A DNA stretch of 64,000 nt from Octopus sinensis (Eukaryota): NCBI RefSeq assembly GCF_006345805.1, contig NC_043006.1, positions 37,262,001-37,326,000 on the forward strand, read 5' to 3'. The position numbers and the translations under genes were made by a program. The notes under the pieces were generated by a model. It saw only the letters and a list, made by a program, of their open reading frames with translations, was not told the DNA's origin and ran no database searches. Positions 41,156 through 54,906 of the stretch are shown here, piece by piece (the stretch's first letter is position 1; the number at the start of each line of letters is the position of its first letter).

Positions 41156-41804
41156 TTATCCGTATCGGTGCATGAGATAAATTAAACAGGAATAATAAAA
41201 ATAGCACAGAAAGATTATAATTTAAATAACATTTTTTAATGCATGCTTTAGAAAAAATTCCCACAGTGATGATTTGGGGTTAAAAAACGGTCAGGTCACA
41301 TTGAAAAGTCTAAGCGTTCCCTACCTCCCAGACAAAAATGTCGCAAAAATCAAAAATAAAAATTTTATTAAAATTAAAAGTCGCCAACAAAATATGGAAA
41401 TATCACTTTGAATTTCTTATTTATGTTTTTGTTGTGTTGTTTTCTGAAATAATTGTAATACGATAGGGAAGTGTTTGTTACTTTGAAGTCTTCGTAATCA
41501 CGCCGTGCCAACAACTGCTAACTCCTTGATAAATTAAGCTTGGCATTAACCGAGACATTTATCTGTTTTAAGGGTAACTCCCTTACAGCCCTCTCTTTAC
41601 ACTTTTACCGTTTAACACCTCTCTTATCTCTCCCTTACCCTTTCTGTATGTGTGTGTGTGTGTTTGTGCGTGCATACATACATACCTACATACATATGTG
41701 TATACTGTTATAAGCGTATCTATCTATGCACACACAATATATATATGTATATGTATATATGGAGTATATATATATATATATAGATAATATATATATTATT
41801 ATAT

Positions 41805-41837
<33 letters not shown>

Positions 41838-42876
41838 TATACTATATATATATATATGTATGTAGTATATATATATACACGTTATATACGTATATATGTA
41901 TATATATGCATATATATTTTATATGTATGTATATTATATATATATATATTATATATATATATATATATATGTAAATATATATATTATATATATGTATATA
42001 TATTATATATATATAAATGTATATATATACATGTGCGTGTGTAACCGCATACGTACAGAGGCGTCAGTAGAGACGTACGATATACACAATACACACACAC
42101 ACACACAAATGCACACAAAGAGAGAAAATTAGTGTGTTTGTTTATCAGATCGGATAGAAAATTAGCGTGAGTCTTGATTACGATGGATTCGACCTGCAAA
42201 TCAGGTTAGTCCTTAAACGTGAAACGACAAGACATCTCCTTGCAAACCGTGATAAGTATGAGATCCGATTTCGTTCGGACCATTTAAACTCCAATTATAT
42301 GAGCAACGCTCTTGCTTTAAATACTCATGGAATGACTGTCTGAAAGAAGTCGTAAAAAACATTATCTGGTATGGCGAGTGGTTTGTGTGTCTGTGTAATT
42401 TCTTCTACGATTGCCCGTTAGTTTTTATTATTTTTTTTTCTCTGTAGTCTATGGATAAAAGACAACGCCCATGATATCTTAAGGAGGAAGTCTCCGGTGC
42501 TGGGGGAGAGAGGAAAGTAGTAACCTTGCAAGGAGGACAGGGTGGGAGATGCAGTGAGGGAGAGGCGAGGAAGATACGCCACGTGCGACGCTTATATAAG
42601 GGTGTCACTTTTCACTCTGCTGTATAACCCTATATGCGCTGTATTGGTCAGGTGGGGATGATATTATCGGCGGAAAACTCAAAGGGTGACCCGGGTGACA
42701 CACATCGGAAGAAGAGAGAAAGTTATCGTTATATCCTCAGAGTAAGGACCCGAGAATATAAACCTGCAACAGAATGGATTCCGCAAAATATATTCAGGAA
42801 GAACTTTGTGTTAGTTAATCGGAGGACGAATTACCATTCCTTAGACAAGAGCAGTGCCACCGATCAGTTTTCATAT

Positions 42877-43058
42877 ACCGTTTTCTATGGTATATAAGAT
42901 ACACTTATTATTTCCAAAAAATGTCCTCAGATCCTATATGCGATGTTGGGCCTCCCATAAGCTTTAATGCACTAAAAACCATTCTACCTAAATTTACGCT
43001 GCTGAAATTGGGATGCGTCTAATACGTTCGCGTGTCTTGTATGCCATCAAACACGATG
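42877..43058. mobile_element. Tigger/pogo-like MITE (related copy at ~1920-2075)
   Basis: ta-ccgttttctatggtatataagatacac ... gtgtcttgtatgccatcaaacacga imperfect TIRs. Confidence 0.45.
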
Positions 43059-43544
43059 ATTTCTGTTCACTGAATATCATTTACAACACTTGATCGACCC
43101 AGAGTTGTAGCATTTACTTGTTCTTTGTACTAGCGGTGGTATTCACCTGGGGTGAGTAGAGCCAACTCTGAACAACGAGTTCACCACGTCTTTCACGAAT
43201 GCCGACCATATCTGAAGGTCGGCCTTAAAGATCCAGCAGGCAACGTAATGCTTCTGCCTGTAGCCCAAAAGTACAGCTTGCAAATTTGACAAATGCCCCT
43301 ACTGGGAGAGAAAACGGGTCGGACAGCGTGGGCACCGTACCCGTCGTGTTCGTAGTTGAGGTGGAGAGTTCATGTTCGGAGTGTCAGTGTGAATACAAAT
43401 TCACATATAATAGAAAAAAGATACTTGCTAATAAAATTCCATACACAGAGATGGAACCTGAAACCACGTCGTTGAGAAGTGAACTTGTGACTGTCTCCAA
43501 CTATCGGGCAAATAACTATCTCCAAATGCTTCGGTCACTCATTG

Positions 43545-44298
43545 CCAAACATTATCCTCCAACATTTTCATGTAAATTGCCGAACACAAGAGGAAATTTT
43601 CCACCATCGGAAGACACTGCCGCTTAAAACCATCGCTCCGGCGGGTTTCATTCGTCGAAACATCTCACTGGCGCCTTCGGGGACTGCATCCAACCGCCTG
43701 GCCCAAATCCTGTCATCCTGGGTGTTTGCTACAGCCTCCACAGTGAAAATCTTTTCTTCCGACCAGACAAAGACATTGTCACTGGCGCCTGCCCATTCGC
43801 TTTGCTTTGGAAGCGGCCGAAATTAGGTGTCAACGTTGCAATTTTAATGGCTTACAATTCAAGTCTTCATGCGCGACTTGTCACATAGTTGTCTGGGAGA
43901 TATCGATGCTTTTAGCCATTTGTCTCATGCTTCACCATAGATTTCGCGTCACTCACTTTCGGCCGACATGCAGCAATTGTTTCGTCCTTACGGATCGTTT
44001 TCCACCAGGAATGGGCTTCCTGTCGATTGAACCTGTTTCATGAAACCTAGCGTTTCATGACATTATAGACTGTTTTGGGACCAACATCAACCGTTTGGTA
44101 CGTCTTTGGTACTATGTCCTGCTTTTTTCAGTGCTACAATCTCACTCCGTCAGTTAGGTGCTATATTGAAACGTTTTATTCGCCGAATGTGAACAAACAA
44201 TGAAGTGTATATGAACAACTGAATTATTTTTTGCAATTTTAAACTAAATCTAATGAAATAAAAATTTTAAAATAATCGGGTATTCTTTACGGTGCACC

Positions 44299-44321
<23 letters not shown>
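43545..44321 (-). mobile_element. Tc1/mariner-superfamily (maT/DD37D-like) transposon 5' part, decayed
   Basis: VFVWSEEKIFTVEAVANTQDDRIWA...MKPAGAMV/AAVSSDGGKFPLVF; left end TA + cagggtgcaccgtaaagaatacccg. Confidence 0.75.
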
Positions 44322-44372
<51 letters not shown>

Positions 44373-44374
44373 TA

Positions 44375-44498
44375 GATTGCAGCCAAGCTATGGCACCGCC
44401 TTGAGAATTTTTGGTTGAATGGATCAACCCCAAAGTTACGGGAACGTAAACACACCAACATCAGTTGCCAGGCAGTGATGGGGGACAACACACACACA

Positions 44499-44544
<46 letters not shown>

Positions 44545-44740
44545 CATACACAAACACACACACACACACACATACACACACACACACACACACGACAGTT
44601 TCCGTTTATCAAATTCAAGCACAAATTTTTGTCGGCCCTTTGGCTCTAGTAGAAAACATCTTCCAAATATGCCACATAGTGAGACTGAACCCGAACCGTG
44701 TGACTGAGAAGCAAGCTTCTTACCATACAGCCACGCATGA
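44375..44740 (-). mobile_element. SINE family A (decayed)
   Basis: aagttacgggaacgtaaacacaccaac...cagtttccgtttatcaaattc...gactgaaccc. Confidence 0.7.
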
Positions 44741-45341
44741 GTTTAAATGGTAAACTGTACACAAACGCAAACATGTCCTCCAGCACAACTTATTTTTGTT
44801 GAGTCATTCGGGAGACGCCTCAAGAATTCATAGACTATAGAAACTCGGGAAGACTCGCGACTCGCAATAGACTGACGGAGTAGAAATAAATAACTAAACT
44901 CTAATGTTTTATTTAATGTTGCTTCTCTGCTTCTTACTGCTTCCAGACATAGACACATACATCATAAGACATACATACATTACATACAGACATACATACA
45001 TACATACTAATACATACATCATACATACATACATACATACAACATACATACATAATACATACATTCATACATACATACATACACACTACAGACATAATAA
45101 CATACATACATACACACATACAATACATAAATGCATACCACATACATAATACATATATGCATACATACATATACACATATATACACATGCATACATACAT
45201 GCATGCCTACACATACATACATGCATATGCATATATGCAGATACTCAAAATTATATACGCATGTGGATGGATGTATGCATGCTTACACACATACACACAC
45301 GCTTCATACTTAGCGATTTACACACAAAAAATATATGTATG

Positions 45342-45385
<44 letters not shown>

Positions 45386-45903
45386 CGTACATACACACCT
45401 AAGTACATAATACATATGAATATATATACGCATATACATATATGCAACATATACATACATGCATACATACATATATAAACACACACGCATACACATATAT
45501 ATGTTGTCCCGTGTATATCTGTTCGTGACTGTAGATCCTGGTATGTTGACGCATGCCTGTATGCTTTCACGCAAGATTTTGAAACTTTGAATTCCATTGA
45601 GGCTAATTTTCGTCTAGATACGTATCTGCTGACCTTTATGTTATTACTGCATCTATCAAACCGTTTCTACTTTCTCTCTTAGCCACCCTGTCTGCCAACA
45701 CCTCATCACTTAAAGCTGTCGTAATCTACACGATTATATCAAACATACCAAATATGCACCCACGCACGTACGTACATACCCCCACACATACCCACATAAT
45801 ACAGATACACACACACACACACACATAATATATACATATAATTTATATGTGTGTGTATGTATGCATATATATATATATATATTATATATACAGATATAGA
45901 TAT

Positions 45904-45945
<42 letters not shown>

Positions 45946-46323
45946 TTAATAAATGAGTAGTATAAGATTTGGTTTCAGAGAAACGTGCAGCTATTGCAAG
46001 AAGCTCCTCGGATGGACTCTGCTATCAGACCATGTAATAATTAAATACAAAATAGTGTAATGTAAAGCGTCCATATAACTGAAAATCTTGAAAATCCGAA
46101 CGATAAAATTATTCTTTAAGGAATATATAAAAACATAAAGACAGGAAATATGAGAGGTGAATACATATTTATTTAACAACGTGATTTCAAAGGATTACTG
46201 CCGTTTCACAACCTTCTTCACGAAGTATTAGTTTCAGTATACAATAAATTGTTCGTACATTTTTGTATTAATAGGTATGCTTAATGCAAACCTGTATGCA
46301 TAAGTTCTTGTATTCTGAAATTA

Positions 46324-46520
46324 CAGTAATCCCTCGACTATCACGGGTGTCACGTTCCAAAACCTCCCACAGAAATATTAAGTCTAAAAAATATAAACGT
46401 CTATCAGCCGCAGAACCCCGGATATACTGAGGAGTCCACGATATAAAATTACATATATTAGCCAGAAAAATCCGCGATGTACTGAGTGCACGATAGGTGA
46501 ACCGCGAAGAAGTATGCGAA
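46324..46520. mobile_element. Tigger/pogo-like MITE, right end truncated
   Basis: TA + cagtaatccctcgactatcacggg.gt.acgttcca; internal aaaatccgcga / cgataggtgaaccgcga motifs. Confidence 0.55.
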
Positions 46521-46579
46521 ACGGCCGTAACCCTGTGGAAATCACATGGTTAAATAAGTGTATCTTCACCTCTCGTATC

Positions 46580-46730
46580 TCCTAAATTTGTCTTTTCTTA
46601 TTCCTTTCTGTTGAAGAGAGTAGGCTCGAAACGTAAAAAGCTTTTTCATTTTCCCGAGCGTCAGATAAATACACTTGCTTGTTGTTCATACACCTGTCTT
46701 CGTCTTTTATTTTTGTGCAAATTTCAACTA
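46580..46730 (+). mobile_element. Short hammerhead-bearing repeat (same family as 36030, 48260, 57860)
   Basis: CTTT CTGTTGA A GAGA GTAG GCTC GAAAC GTA AAAAG at 46604-46640; ends in (TA)n. Confidence 0.65.
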
Positions 46731-46739
46731 TATATGTTA

Positions 46740-46830
<91 letters not shown>

Positions 46831-46859
46831 GTGTGTGTGTGTGTGTGTACCCATTCTCA

Positions 46860-47375
46860 CTGGAGATAATGAACGAAATTTTTGGGCTCACAAAAATTTT
46901 CAAAAGCAAAATGCAACCGAAATCTTTGAGAAAATATTAACCGGCGCAAGACTATATTCCTTAAGAACGGAACCAAAAGTGGTAAATTGCGGGCGGCCTA
47001 ACTTTGGCACAAATCTCCCCCTTTTGGAGGGTGCAGAATTTCACTTCAAACAAGGTGAAATATTTAAGATAAAGTCATGTTTCACTTGTGCTTCTGAAAA
47101 CCTAATCTATGTTATTGCCGGCTTAGGTTGCAGAAACCACTATATAGGCCAAACACGAATGTTTCTCAGACGAAGAACAACACTTCACAAAGAACAAATC
47201 CGCTTCCCACAATATAAACAGATGCAGGTTAGTAAGCATATAGATAGATGTGCTAGGAACCTTAAACCAAACTTCCTAATTTTCTTTTTATATCAATGTT
47301 TCCAGAACACTCCAGTGCAGCAAAGACCAAATAAAGAGGTAACTTTCATTAATAAATATTAACCACAACTTAACA
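46860..47375 (+). pseudogene. Penelope-like element GIY-YIG endonuclease region
   Basis: FKIKSCFTCASENLIYVIAGLGCRNHYIGQTRMFLRRRTTLHKEQIR...VSKHIDRC...KEVTFINKY*PQLN; the GIY-YIG (LIY...YIG) signature of PLEs. Confidence 0.85.
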
Positions 47376-47806
47376 TGAACACGCAACTTAATATAGGGCA
47401 CTACTAACCCTACCAATACCAATAATCCTCATACATTGCATATACCATTCATACTCTATTAATCACATCTACCTTAATTGCATCACTTTCAGAACTGCTT
47501 ACCTTCCTTGCATGCAACCTTTTCGCTCAGGTACTATTAGATCCAACACCGTTTGGAAATCGGTGTTGATTCAAAGTCAGTAAACAGCGATGACGAAACC
47601 GGAATGACTTTCTATATTGACTAATGAAAATGATTTTTATACTTCTTAATTCCACCTCAAATCATTTATTTGTATGTATATATCTTTGTTTTTATAAAAA
47701 AAAAAAACATATTTACTTTTATACCTGGTGTGCATTTTCTTTGTTTCTTTTTACCTTTCCCCTATTTATACCATGTGAAGTTTTTTCTTTGAAACCTTGT
47801 TTCTAT

Positions 47807-47839
<33 letters not shown>

Positions 47840-47914
47840 TATAATATATATATAATATATATAATATATATTATTTATATATCATTACCGAGATGTACTT
47901 GCTAGCAAGTGACT

Positions 47915-48014
47915 NNNNNNNNNNNNNNNNNNNNNNNNNNNNNNNNNNNNNNNNNNNNNNNNNNNNNNNNNNNNNNNNNNNNNNNNNNNNNNNNNNNNNN
48001 NNNNNNNNNNNNNN
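47915..48014. other. Assembly gap (100 N)
   Basis: Seen directly; a round 100 N usually marks a gap of unknown size. Confidence 0.99.
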
Positions 48015-48259
48015 GGAAGAAGAAGGGTTTGAGACGTTTTCGAGCGGAGCTCTTCGTCGGAAACATAGGAGAAGAAAGGTCCCGAGAAGGGAAGACGCAT
48101 GCATGTATGTATGTATGTATGTATGTGTGTGTGAGAGAGTTCCATCGAAGTCAGTGCTCAACAGGTACTAATCTTATGAATCCTTAAGGGATAAAAGCAA
48201 AGCTAGAGAGTGTGTATGTGTGCGTGTATATATGTATGTACATACAGATAAATTCCTCT

Positions 48260-48478
48260 ATTTACATAATATCGAGGTCTCTTTCTTTTGTTGTCTTACC
48301 ATTTCTATCAATATATATATATTTTTTTTCTCCTTGTATTTTCTGTGTCCTTTTCTATAGAAGAGCGTAGGCTCGAAACGTAAAAGACTTTTTCTATTCC
48401 TGAGCGTTATACTAATACATCTGTTTGTTTTGTACACCACCTGCCTTCGTCCTTTTGTTTTTTCGTAACTCTCCCTAA
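48260..48478 (+). mobile_element. Short hammerhead-bearing repeat
   Basis: CTTTT CTATAGA A GAGC GTAG GCTC GAAAC GTA AAAGA at 48350-48387 (core mutated); 3' end abuts (TA)n. Confidence 0.65.
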
Positions 48479-48494
48479 TATATATATTATTATA

Positions 48495-48557
<63 letters not shown>

Positions 48558-48932
48558 GTGTGTGTGTGTGTGTATATGTACACTGTAGAGGTAGGTACGT
48601 ACATATATGTTTATATATATGCATTGTTCTATTTTATTAACATATATATATAATAATATTATATATATTTATATATATATATAGATAGATAGATAGAAGA
48701 TAATAGATAGATAGATAGATATAGATATACATACATATATATATTTATATATACATACATAAATAGACGCACACACACACACACATACATATATACATGC
48801 ACTTACACACGCATATCTGTATACATACACACACATGTTTGTATGTATGTTGTATGTATGTATGTATGTATGTATGTGTATGTAAACATGTATTATTATT
48901 ATTATTAGTAGTAGTGTAGTAGTAGTAGTATC

Positions 48933-49310
48933 ATCTCCGCCTTTGCTAAGGCGGCGGTATTGTTTTCAGTCGTGTTTGTTTGTTTCTTTGTTTGGTTGTC
49001 CGTGGAAAAGATATCTCAAGAACCGCCGGATGGATTCGGATGAAACTTTCAGGGATGTTCGACCTCGTGACTGGCACGAACTGATTAGATTTTGGCATCG
49101 ATCCGGTACCGGACAAAGATTCTGAATTATTTTTCCAGTATTTTTTGCTTAACTTTTAAGAGCGGTCGAGTTCATTTTTTGCATACTCGTTTGTGAGAGC
49201 AATAGAGTTTATTTCAGATACTCTCATTTTAAAAATCATCTCCAGCTAACCGTTGAGATGACGTTGGTGTTGCTTTGGCGGAAGTTTGTGCGCTCTCACT
49301 ACTCTTGTTT
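48933..49310 (+). mobile_element. Helentron-associated non-autonomous element (HINE/DINE-like)
   Basis: 5' ctccgcc...ggcgg hairpin, (tgtt) run, ggatggattcggatgaaact core, subterminal inverted ttggcggaag near the 3' end followed by a short 3' segment in T-rich flanks. Confidence 0.6.
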
Positions 49311-49654
49311 ATATATGTCTCTGTTACAGTTACTCCTTCAGTATTACTGTGCTTGATTTAAATTCTTAAAATTATTCGTTAAACATGCATTCTTTCTAGC
49401 TATCTTTAAACAGTCTTTAAACAGTCGCTTGATTCTGCCGCTGACACATTTCTTCAATTATCTCAATTAGCTCCCTTTTTCTATTCTTAACTATAAAATT
49501 TCCCTCATATCTACATTGACATTGGTTTCTCATTTCTGTTCTCTGTCGCGTTTGTTATTTATGCTCGAGAAAAGATTTTTTTGCACAACTTATAATTATT
49601 CTGTTGTATCTACACTTTTGAGGTGAATTGGTATTGTTTATTATTAATTATTTC

Positions 49655-50072
49655 ACCACGTGATTATGAGTTTAGTCCTATTGCACGGCATCTTGAGCAT
49701 GCGTCTTCGGTAGTCCCAGATTCATTAATGCCTTGTGAATGAATTTACTAAACGGAAACTATGTGGAAGCTAATCGTTTGTGTGTGTGTATATATATGTG
49801 TACGTGTGTGTGTGTGTGTATGTGTGCGTACGTGCGTGCATGCGCGCGTGTGTGTGTGTGTGTGTGTGTGCTTGTATGTATACCTTTGTATATGTGTTTG
49901 TCGCCACTACCGCTTGAAAATTGGTGTTGGTTTGTTTTCGTCCCCGTAACTAGCGGTTCGGCGAAATCGACTGATAGATTAAGAGCCAGACCGATTTTTT
50001 TTCGATTAAAACCCTTCAAATTGGTGCCCCTGCGATGCTGCAATCTAATGAGTGAGACAAGTAAAAGATAAC
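49655..50072 (+). mobile_element. SINE family A (old copy)
   Basis: gccttgtgaatgaattt...acggaaact...tccccgtaactagcggttcggc...acaagtaaaaga. Confidence 0.75.
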
Positions 50073-50144
50073 CGATGTAGATAGACGGGTCTTTATATCC
50101 GGCGCGTTGTCATGTATGAATTTTTAATGAATGCTCTCTCTCTC

Positions 50145-50533
50145 TCTTTACTCTTTTACTTGTTTCAGTCATTTGACTGCGGCCATACTGGAGCACCGCC
50201 TTTAGTCGAGCAAATCGACTCTAGGACTTATTATATCGGTCTCTTTTGCCGAACCGTTAAGTTACGGGGACGTAAACACACCAGCATCGGTTGTCAAGCG
50301 ATGTTGGGGGGGGGCGACAAACACAGACACTCAAAGATATACACTCACATACATATATATACATATATACGACGGGCTTCTTTCAGTTTCCGTCTACCAA
50401 ATCCACTCACAAGGCTTTAGTCGGCCCGATGCTATAGTAGAAGACATTTGCCCAAGATGCCACGCAGTGGGACTGAACCCGGAACCATGTGGTTGTTAAG
50501 CAAGCTACTTACCACACAGCCACTCCTGCGCCT
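50145..50533 (-). mobile_element. SINE family A, near-consensus young copy
   Basis: Complete head ggcgcaggagtggctgtgtggta...ggttccgggttcagtccc through to the (agtaaaag)n tail. Confidence 0.92.
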
Positions 50534-52722
50534 CTCGTTCACATTTTGTTCAAATAGTAAATTCTCGGTTATGTTATGTTGACGACCTGTATAAAGAACG
50601 GAATAGTGCTATACGTGGTTAGAAATTACTAGAAATTGTAAGAACTTCGTAATAACTAAAAAAAGAAATTTAATGTGAGTATTTCATGCATTTCTCTTTT
50701 TATTCTTTAATTTCTAATACTTCCTTAATGGCCGAACATGTTTCTGTACACTATTGACATGATTGACATTATTTTATGATAGTGACCACTATGTACAACT
50801 ATCAGGCTACAGCCAGACAAAGAATCACACACACACATATATATAGACGGGTGAAAATTTGACCGGTGAGCGCCGTTGCTGTAGCCATCTGCAGTTGTTT
50901 TTAGCTCATAAAGTAGAGAGAAATAGGGTTTGATAAGAAATAGAAGAGGGAGAGAAATTTCCCTCAAGGAGAAACAATTGCTGATGGAGTGATTTTATTT
51001 CTTTATGTACTTATTTTATTATGCGTGTAGATATCTCAATATAATTCATTCTTTTTTATGTTTTTGGTTGTCCTAGTAGCTGCAAGTAGATGCAGATAGA
51101 TTCATTTCGCTCTGATTTGGAGCCTGTCAATGCACTGCAACTTGAGATAAAACTACATGGTCATTTAAAATATTTAGGAAATATATAAACGATCGGCTTT
51201 TCTCTTTATTTCTAAATAGTGAAGAAAAGAGGTGCGAGAGGAAGGACATTGAAAGGCCCTGACTCACAATTGAGATTACCATTAACATTATACAGAGTAC
51301 GATCGATGTTTTGTATTTCTTTTACTTCCAACAGTGGAGGAGAGCTTGAGTGGTAGAAAGTCACTTACGTGTTTAAGATTTCACTCTTGTACATATTTGC
51401 ATTGTTTGTTAGTTCTTCATGCCTACACGATTACCATTTTCTCTATAGACTACATACAAGCCCCCACCCTTTTTTTTTTGTTTTTCTTGGATGTGAATAT
51501 AAGATCTTTTCCATGTTGTTTATCACACCGATATGATTTCAGATTAGCTTCCAATATATTTCAACTCGCCATTGCCTCTTGCAATCCGTTTATTGTGTTG
51601 TATCCAGAATTCGGTCATTGTTTAACACACACGTGTACAATTTGACTGGTAGCCTTTGCTGCTGCTGTTGGCACCATCTGCGGTTGTTATATATACACAC
51701 ATGCATACTTATACACATACATAAATGTATGACTCCGGTCGTCTCAACATCTGTTATGCCACTGGTTTTATAGTTAATTGTGCTGAAATGAGGGTTCTAT
51801 CCACCCAAAACAAATTCATCAAGAGGAATTTCTTGGATTCTCGAAAACTTTGCCCGGAATTACCGAATTTAGGAAGTGTTATAAAGTAGTGCAACTCAGT
51901 TACGACTTGATTTCCACCATATGTGTATGCCTGTACATAAATATAAATGTATAAATATAAACTACACGTACATATACATACATACATACATACATACATA
52001 CATACATACATACATACATACATACATACATACATACATAACGTATTCTTTGTTTTATTGAGGTACCAGATATACTATCATGTGCATAGAACATGTCAAA
52101 TGTTATGCAATGTGCGCCATAAATTGTGCTGCTTAGCTGTAAGGGAATTCGAGGACCACAAGTTAAGCTGTTTGGTCAATGATACTTCAACCAGGACGTA
52201 CGATAGGCAATTTATATTTTGAACCAGTCCTTTCCATTTTGTAACGAAGTTAGTTTTTTCCTCTCATTACGGTTCGAACGTAAGTGCAATCGATTTTGTT
52301 ACCTGAACCTTGCGTGCCATACGAGAAGGAGGAGCAAAAGACATGTCTTTATATTATGATGCAATACACATGTAGTCAAAACACGTGTCGCACTGAACTT
52401 TGATCGTCTATATATATATATTATATATATATACAAATTGAGATAGAGGTTGTAAATGCAACCCTCCATGGGATAACATATATCCAATATACTGCTAGTG
52501 AAGTATCCAACAAAGTTAATACATATGCGCATCATATCTTAGGGCACTGGTTTGGGTTTTTGTTATACCAATATGTAACAAATGTGAGTCTATAATTAGT
52601 ATACGTTGTTTATTTCGATGAGCATATAAGTATTTTTGCGTGTATTTGTTTGACAGCCTCATATATTAAGTTTATCTTTGTACTCATCTTAATTTGTATT
52701 TTATTTTATTTATCTATTATCT

Positions 52723-52789
<67 letters not shown>

Positions 52790-52967
52790 TATATTTCTAT
52801 TTATTATTTATTTATTTTTATTTGTATTTTTATTCATTTATTTATTCATTCATTCTTCTTTTTTTTGGCACTTATTAATTTATAATTAATTTAATTTATA
52901 ATTAATTTACTTATATCTTAATTAATAGTAATTTCTGTTTACTTATTGTGTATGTATGTATACGTCC

Positions 52968-53785
52968 TTTGATGGGCAGACATATATTTTGTAATTTAGT
53001 AAATATAGGTGGATATGTCGAAATGTGTTCATATGTATATGTATGTGTATGTATGTTTTTGTATGTATATGTATATTCATAGATGGATATATATGTATAT
53101 GTTTTTCTTATACATATGAGTACGCAAGTACGTATGTAAATATGTATATATGTATATGCGAATGTTTGCAGACACAGTACATGAGAGTGTATTAATGTTT
53201 ATAGGTCGAAATGTGTTCATATGTATATGTATGTGTATGTATGTTTTTGTATGTATATGTGTATTCATGGGTGGATATATATATATGTTTTTCTTATACG
53301 TATGAGTGCGCAGATATATATTTAAATATGTATATATATATGTGCGAATGTTTGCAGACACAGTGTATGAGAGTGTATAAATGTTTATAGATATGTGCGG
53401 ATGTGCGTGTGAGTATGTGTGTGAGTGTATAAACGTTGCTATAGCTTTCCCTGCCTGTGCTGGTTTATTTATACGCCATTTGATGACAGACATATATTTT
53501 GTAATTTAGTAAATATATGTGGATATGTCGAAATGTATTCATATGTATATATATGTGTATGTATGTTTTTGTATGGATATGTATATTCATGGTTGGATAT
53601 ATATATGTATATGTTTTTCTTATACGTATGAGTACTCAAATGCATATTTAAATGTGTATACATGTATATGCGAATGTTTGCAGACACAGTGCATGAGAGT
53701 GTATATGTTTATGTATATGTGCGGATGTGCGTGTGTATGTGTGTGTGTATAAATGTTGGTATAGTTTTTCCCATGCCTAAGCTGG
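52968..53785. repeat. Degenerate local tandem triplication (~190-bp core)
   Basis: gtcgaaatgt.ttcatatg...gcgaatgtttgcagacacagt..atgagagtgtat at ~53018, ~53205 and ~53528. Confidence 0.85.
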
Positions 53786-54487
53786 TTTAGTAGAAATGTA
53801 ACGTTCTCAACAAACCAACCGTAAAGAAGACAATGGTAATTTAAATTCAAATCCACAAGCCAATCATATTTTAGCGCTAGATTCGTAACTATTTCTGAAA
53901 GTAACAGTGTATTTGTGTCACAATGGAAATTATAAATTTGAACTCGGACGTACATCTGTGCACCTGTGAATCTTAATGTGGTGTAAACAGAATGCTTTTA
54001 TTTCATATTTCGTATGTATATGCAGATATTTAACACTTTGCATGGTTTTGTAGTACTATTGTGACTATATTGCTAATAATGGAATCTATATATTGTTTTT
54101 CTAGTATTAGCGTTATTAATAATAATATGAATGATGATATTGGTAGCATTAGTGGTAATGACAATGATAATGATGCTAACATTAATGACATTTTGGAAAT
54201 TAATAAGAATTAAAATGTACTCTTGACTCTGTGTATCTGCATTTAGGTATTAATATGTGTATGTTTTTCTACATTGTAATTATCACAATATTAAGTTGAA
54301 AAACTGTAACATTGAATGTGGAACATATGTATGTTTATTGATTTATATTATTTATATTATTATGTATATGTATATTTATATGTATAGGAGTATGAGTATA
54401 TGCACTCATATGTATATGTATATATTTTATTATGGGTATGTACCCACACCTATATAAGTGTGTATGTAATCTGATTTGTATCACATA

Positions 54488-54614
54488 ATCTCCGAAGAGG
54501 CCTTAGGATATTTTTGTAAATGTCTCATTTATAACTACATATTGACCTACCATAAATGGCTAATACAAGTAAAATGAGACATACTTATCTGCATGGCCGA
54601 AACAGCTGTAAGAT
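54488..54614 (+). ncRNA. Type-I hammerhead motif with extended stem II (one core substitution)
   Basis: ATCT CCGAAGA GGCC...(92 nt, incl. atgtctcattt/aaatgagacat helix)...GGCC GAAAC AGCT GTA^ AGAT; stem III ACAGCTGT is a perfect palindrome; U4 replaced by C. Confidence 0.68.
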
Positions 54615-54842
54615 GTAGTCTATATTTATATTTATATTTACTTATATTTATATTCTCTTATACATATTGTACTTATTGTATAACATTACTCCTTTATGTA
54701 CACTCCTTTATGTACACTGTTTTGTTCTACATTATTATGCTTGACCTTAGTTTCTTATGTGGTAGTTTAATAAAGTATGTGATTGGGTATTATCTGGTAA
54801 TTGACATTTGATTTGGATGTATTTCTCCATTTTCTTATTTTG

Positions 54843-54905
<63 letters not shown>

Positions 54906-54906
54906 G

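Noticed and set aside
42440-43330. GC-richer patches (also 57200-57640, 23530-23830, 31500-31920) as possible exons
   Set aside because: No consistent frame or splice signals; weak resemblance to decayed LINE pieces, too eroded to classify.
46679-47362. 227-aa ORF as a host gene
   Set aside because: Chance fusion of a (TA)n tract to a Penelope GIY-YIG remnant that has a premature stop.
47871-48187. ORFs spanning the N run
   Set aside because: Artefacts of the assembly gap; sequences on either side may not be adjacent.
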